NCBI GenBank assembly: GCA_964187785.1
Contig: OZ076409.1
Span: 22,012,001 to 22,076,000 of the forward strand
From: Amphiscolops sp. MND2022
Taxonomy: Eukaryota
Direction: 5' to 3'
Length of the DNA stretch: 64,000 nt
Part shown: positions 59,974 through 64,000 of the stretch, one piece after another
Layout of the letters: the number at the start of each line of letters is the position of its first letter
How positions within the stretch are numbered: the stretch's first letter is position 1
Notes under the pieces: generated by a model
Told to the model about the DNA's origin: nothing
Seen by the model: the letters and a program-made list of their open reading frames with translations, nothing else
Database searches by the model: none
Position numbers and translations under genes: made by a program

Positions 59974-61478
59974 ATGAATCCAGATCAAGGGACCGAACTT
60001 AGAAGCGGTAAATTCATTCATTCCTCGTCAGGAACATCCTCTCCAATAGATTCAGACATGGCTCAGTCTTCCGCCAATGACTCTGACAACAATGAAACTT
60101 CAGATATCTCGTCCCAGTTGTCTGAAATAAAAGAGAACTATGAGAGGAAGATAAATGAGTTACAAAACGAATTTAGTCAACTGAAGAACTTATTAATGGC
60201 AGTTATTAGTAAAAATGACGAAAATAACTTACCTTCGACAACGCAAAGTTCTTCAAAGCCGACCCACAGAGTTGGGTTCGACATGGTGACAGGAGTTACA
60301 GAAACCCGCTCCCCCCGCCCGACATCCAGATTCACAAACTTCAGACGATACCAGGAAGACGACTCGGACGAAGAAGGTGAATCAACTCCTAGAAGCAATG
60401 AGGAACGACTACTCAATGCAATCGAGACGATACCCCAACGAATCAAAAGCACCACCACCAACACGAAATTACTACAGACACACGTCCCAAATTTCAGACG
60501 CCAAAAAGACAAATTCGTGGAATTCGAGCACCTCTCCTCAACCACCTTAGCCCGCTCGCCAACAAAATCACCGAAGAGAACGAACTCCACTTCTTTCAAA
60601 GCCTTTTGAGAGATGATGCAATAGAGTACTGGCAATCCATCCAGATAACGCCACTAACAACGCTGAAAGATGTGCTCGACCTCTTCAGGAAAGAATTCGC
60701 GAAAGAGGATCTTAAAGAAGTAGCTCGATACAAATGGGATCAAGCCCGTTACGATCCCACCACAGAAACATTCAGCGACTTCCTCAAAAACTTGAAAAAG
60801 ATTGCGAAACAAGCGTTTGGGGAAGAAGCGGATAAAATCATCAAAATGTTCTTGTTCGGTAAACTCCCAGTCGAAATACAACAAGAACTTACGATGGCCA
60901 ATAAGGAGGAGAGCTCACCAGAAGAAATCAAGACATACTTGATGAGAAAGTACCAGTACCAACAGTACGTTGCGCCACCTTCGACAATTCAACCATTTAA
61001 CGCGGTCACCTCCTCGGTCCCAACGACCAACACAACGATTAAACCAGCAACAACGACGACAACACAACCGACAGAACGAAAACGATTTGAGGGACAATGC
61101 TTCTACTGCGGAAAGACAGGTCACCGCAAAACAGAATGCCGCGCCCGACAACGTGACGAAGCAAACGGCATTAAGAAAGAAGATGCAATTCCGATGAAGA
61201 AAGCAACCGACACAGACAAACCGAAGTACAATCCCAAGCTGGTTTGCCAGATTTGTGGATACACCGGCCACTCTGCAAGAGACTGCAGGCGACGCATTCC
61301 CAAGGAAAGCAGCTCTGCATATGGAAAGATTCCATACACAACAAAGTCACAGGACGACAACAAGGCTAGACGACAAGATTTAAAACGACAGCAAAAGCCG
61401 ATGAATCCAATGCAAGCAATTACTGAGGACGACGAACAACTAAGCTACTCTGATGAAGACATTAACCAGGGTTTTTGA
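59974..61478 (+). CDS. gag: Gypsy Gag (one frameshift near 60535), two CCHC knuckles
   Basis: ORFs 59974-60609 and 60606-61478. CFYCGKTGHRKTEC and CQICGYTGHSARDC. Confidence 0.88.
61469..61475 (+). promoter_or_regulatory. -1 ribosomal frameshift slippery heptamer G GGT TTT
   Basis: X XXY YYZ in the gag frame immediately before the gag TGA. pol is in the -1 frame. Confidence 0.75.
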
Positions 61479-64000
61479 TTCAGCCACGATTTCCGCCCGC
61501 TAGAAATACAACGCGCGACAAACGACTTTCGACTCAACCGACTACACACAACCGTCCAATGAAGAAATGGCAGCCTTCACTGGACAAACGACCAAAAGCT
61601 GACGACGTCTATCAGCAAAGACTTTCCAACGATGAAAAAGCGATGGAAATTGCACGTCAACGCAACGGCAGCCGCTTTTCTCCACTCGCTGAAATCAACG
61701 ATGAACAAACGATGAACTGGCAACAAAACACCATGAGGCAGGTGGAAGATGCCAAAGAGATGGAAACCAACCATCTTGACGACGACTCGACTTCACACTC
61801 AACAATCGACAAACGGCTTAGTATTAAAAAACATGCAAAACAGAGTAGTATTAACGTTTCAAAAGCTAAAAAACATGCAACTAAAACAGAAATTCACGTT
61901 TTCAGTCCCACTTTACACTTAAACAAGAAAGATAAAATGCTTTACGTCCCTCTTCAGTTTGACAAATATGAAAACAGCGCACTTTTAGATACAGGCGCAA
62001 TTCAAAGTGCAGTGTCTGAAGCAGAATTGCGAAAAATAACAACGGCTCATCCAGAAGCCATCCTTCAAGAACTCCCCCCTCCGAATTTCAAAATTCAAAT
62101 AGCAAACGGGAACTTAGTCCCAGTACGTAAGCAAGTCTTACTTAGATTTTACGTTGCTGGAAAAGTCTTTGAAGAAACGTTCCTAATCCTTCCAACAATG
62201 GGCACAATTTTAATTGGAATGTCATTCTTTGAAAAGTACTCAGTCAATTTAGACATAAAAAACCACCTTGTCCACTTCCCTAATCACATGATGTCCATGC
62301 AAGTTAGACAGCAAAAGAACAACAGATTCAAAACTGGTTTAATTGATTTGTGTTCCAGTACCAGAACAGTGATCCCTCCTCTCCATCAAGTGATGATACA
62401 GGTCCACAGTGACGCGGACATCTCACTTACAACTGGTACAGTTGAGGGCTCACCTGGATTCATGCGAAAGACGTGTTTGCTTGTTTCTCCAGCTTTGGTT
62501 GACCTAGACGAGGGCAAGACGACAATCCAGGTCACCAACCCGAACAACCACACGTTCACACTTGATGCCAACACCACTCTGGCACACTTTCGCATACCGA
62601 CACCACATCAGGCGGCAAACATCACACCCATGCCAGTCGAACACTTGAACCTGATCACCAAGTACCCAGATGAGGCGGAAGCAGTGATCAACCAACTGTT
62701 CGTGAACCCTGAAATGAAGTCAACTAAGTGGTACCCAACTCCCGAGACGTGCAGTGAGCCAGACAAACTCAGCGCAATTGAGCGACGAATCTATGATGAG
62801 ATTCTGGCACTACGAGAGCTCGAGAAGCTTGACCCGTCCCAATCCGATGAACAACGGATGAACTTCCTGAAGAACTTCAACTGGGACGACTCGCTTCTTA
62901 CTCCGTCTCAACGGTTACAGGTAGAGGAGTTGCTGGTAAAGTACAACTCCATTTTTGCTAGACATCGTTTTGATATTGGCATGAACACTGATTTTAAAGT
63001 TAGGCTAACACCCCAACATGAAGAACCTGTTTATTCACAAAGTCTCCCTACTCCGACAAATTTGAAGGACGATTTGCTCGTGGAGTTAGCTTTAATGCAA
63101 GAGTACGGGATCATAACTACTTTGCCTCATAGCAAATACTCATCTCCGATATTTGCTCAACGTAAACCAAATGGTAAATTGAGGATTTTAGTTGACTTGA
63201 GAAGAATAAACCACTTGATCAAAAACGATTACGGTGAACACAACCATCCCGTAACAACAATTGCTGACGCTGCCCAACACATGGCCGGGAAAAAGTATTT
63301 CTGTAAACTTGATTGTTCCCAGGCCTACCATTGCATTCCAATGGCCGATGAGCAGTCTGTCCAACTGTTATCGTTTAATTTTGGTTCTAGAACTTTTGCC
63401 TTTTTACGTCTAGCCCAAGGTCTTAACCGTTCTTTGTCAGCATTCACACGTGTAGTCCGTGAGTATTTGGACCCCTTGGTCAAAGCGGACCGATATGCTC
63501 AATATGTTGATGACATTGGAATTGCAGCACACACCCCTGACGAACTGATTAATAACCTTGAACTTGTTTTTCAGCAGCTGAACAAAGCCGGTCTTAAACT
63601 TAGCATGAGTAAATGTGAATTTGGACAAAAACAAATAGAGTACTTGGTAAAAACCATTTCTAGCACCGGTATTGCTCCCATTGAGAAACGAGTAACTGAC
63701 TATCTGACCAAATTGAAACCCCCCAACTCAGTGAAAGCATTGCAACGTTATCTTGGTTTTGTAAACTTTTACCGGTCTTATATTCCCCGACTAGCTGATA
63801 AAACTTGTTGTTTACAGGAATTGATCAAGAAGGACGTCCCTTTCAAACTGAATCAACAACATAAAATGCTATTTTTGAAATCAATGAAAGTTTGTTAAAA
63901 GCAACAAAAGTGTCCCTGAAATTGCCATTACCTGATAAACAACTGGTAATCATGTGTGACGCCAGCGAACACGCTGCCGGCTATGTTTTGTTAATTGAGG
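61475..64000 (+). CDS. pol: Gypsy Pol: protease, dUTPase-like beta region, reverse transcriptase, start of RNase H
   Basis: LLDTGA, LIGMSF, KLDCSQAYH, QYVDDIGI, LGFVNFYR. After a frameshift near 63870 the sequence reads MCDASEHAAGYVL. Confidence 0.93.

Larger units (their letters stand above)
59383..64000 (+). mobile_element. Ty3/Gypsy LTR retrotransposon, truncated by the window end
   Basis: gag and pol ORFs in Gypsy order. A tentative 5' LTR at 59383-59746 (AGTTGCT...AGTAATT) is followed by TGGTAC; this boundary cannot be verified without the 3' LTR. Confidence 0.9.

Noticed and set aside
1..64000. Species assignment (repeat style and PAN-CTLD gene reminded me of acoel flatworm genomes)
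   Set aside because: An impression only; it cannot be supported without a database search.

Overview
AT-rich, repeat-dense animal (invertebrate-type) nuclear DNA. There are no prokaryotic operons, rRNA genes or CRISPR arrays. I can reconstruct by hand one multi-exon host gene on the minus strand (45986->19384, 11 phase-compatible coding exons, ~797 aa). It encodes a single N-terminal membrane anchor followed by a long Ser/Gly/Glu-rich, probably disordered tail, and the model needs two non-canonical donors (GC and GA). An intronless secreted PAN/apple + C-type-lectin gene lies on the plus strand (48712-49659). The rest is nested mobile DNA: (1) a non-autonomous LTR element with ~720-bp LTRs and no recognisable gag-pol (876-5866); (2) a decayed hAT transposon (9472-11355); (3) a very young Ty3/Gypsy element with identical LTRs inside a host intron (21289-27115); (4) one complete but decayed Ty1/Copia element (50931-56000) plus two Copia remnants; (5) a second Gypsy element with a -1 frameshift signal, cut by the window end (~59383-64000); (6) several Helentron/HINE-like repeats, MITEs/foldbacks and tandem arrays. 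I found no unambiguous novel system. The best leads are the gag-pol-less LTR element with LTR-internal and membrane-protein-like ORFs, the extra segments in the Gypsy Pol, and the putative GA-AG/GC-AG introns. All assignments were made by eye, without database searches.
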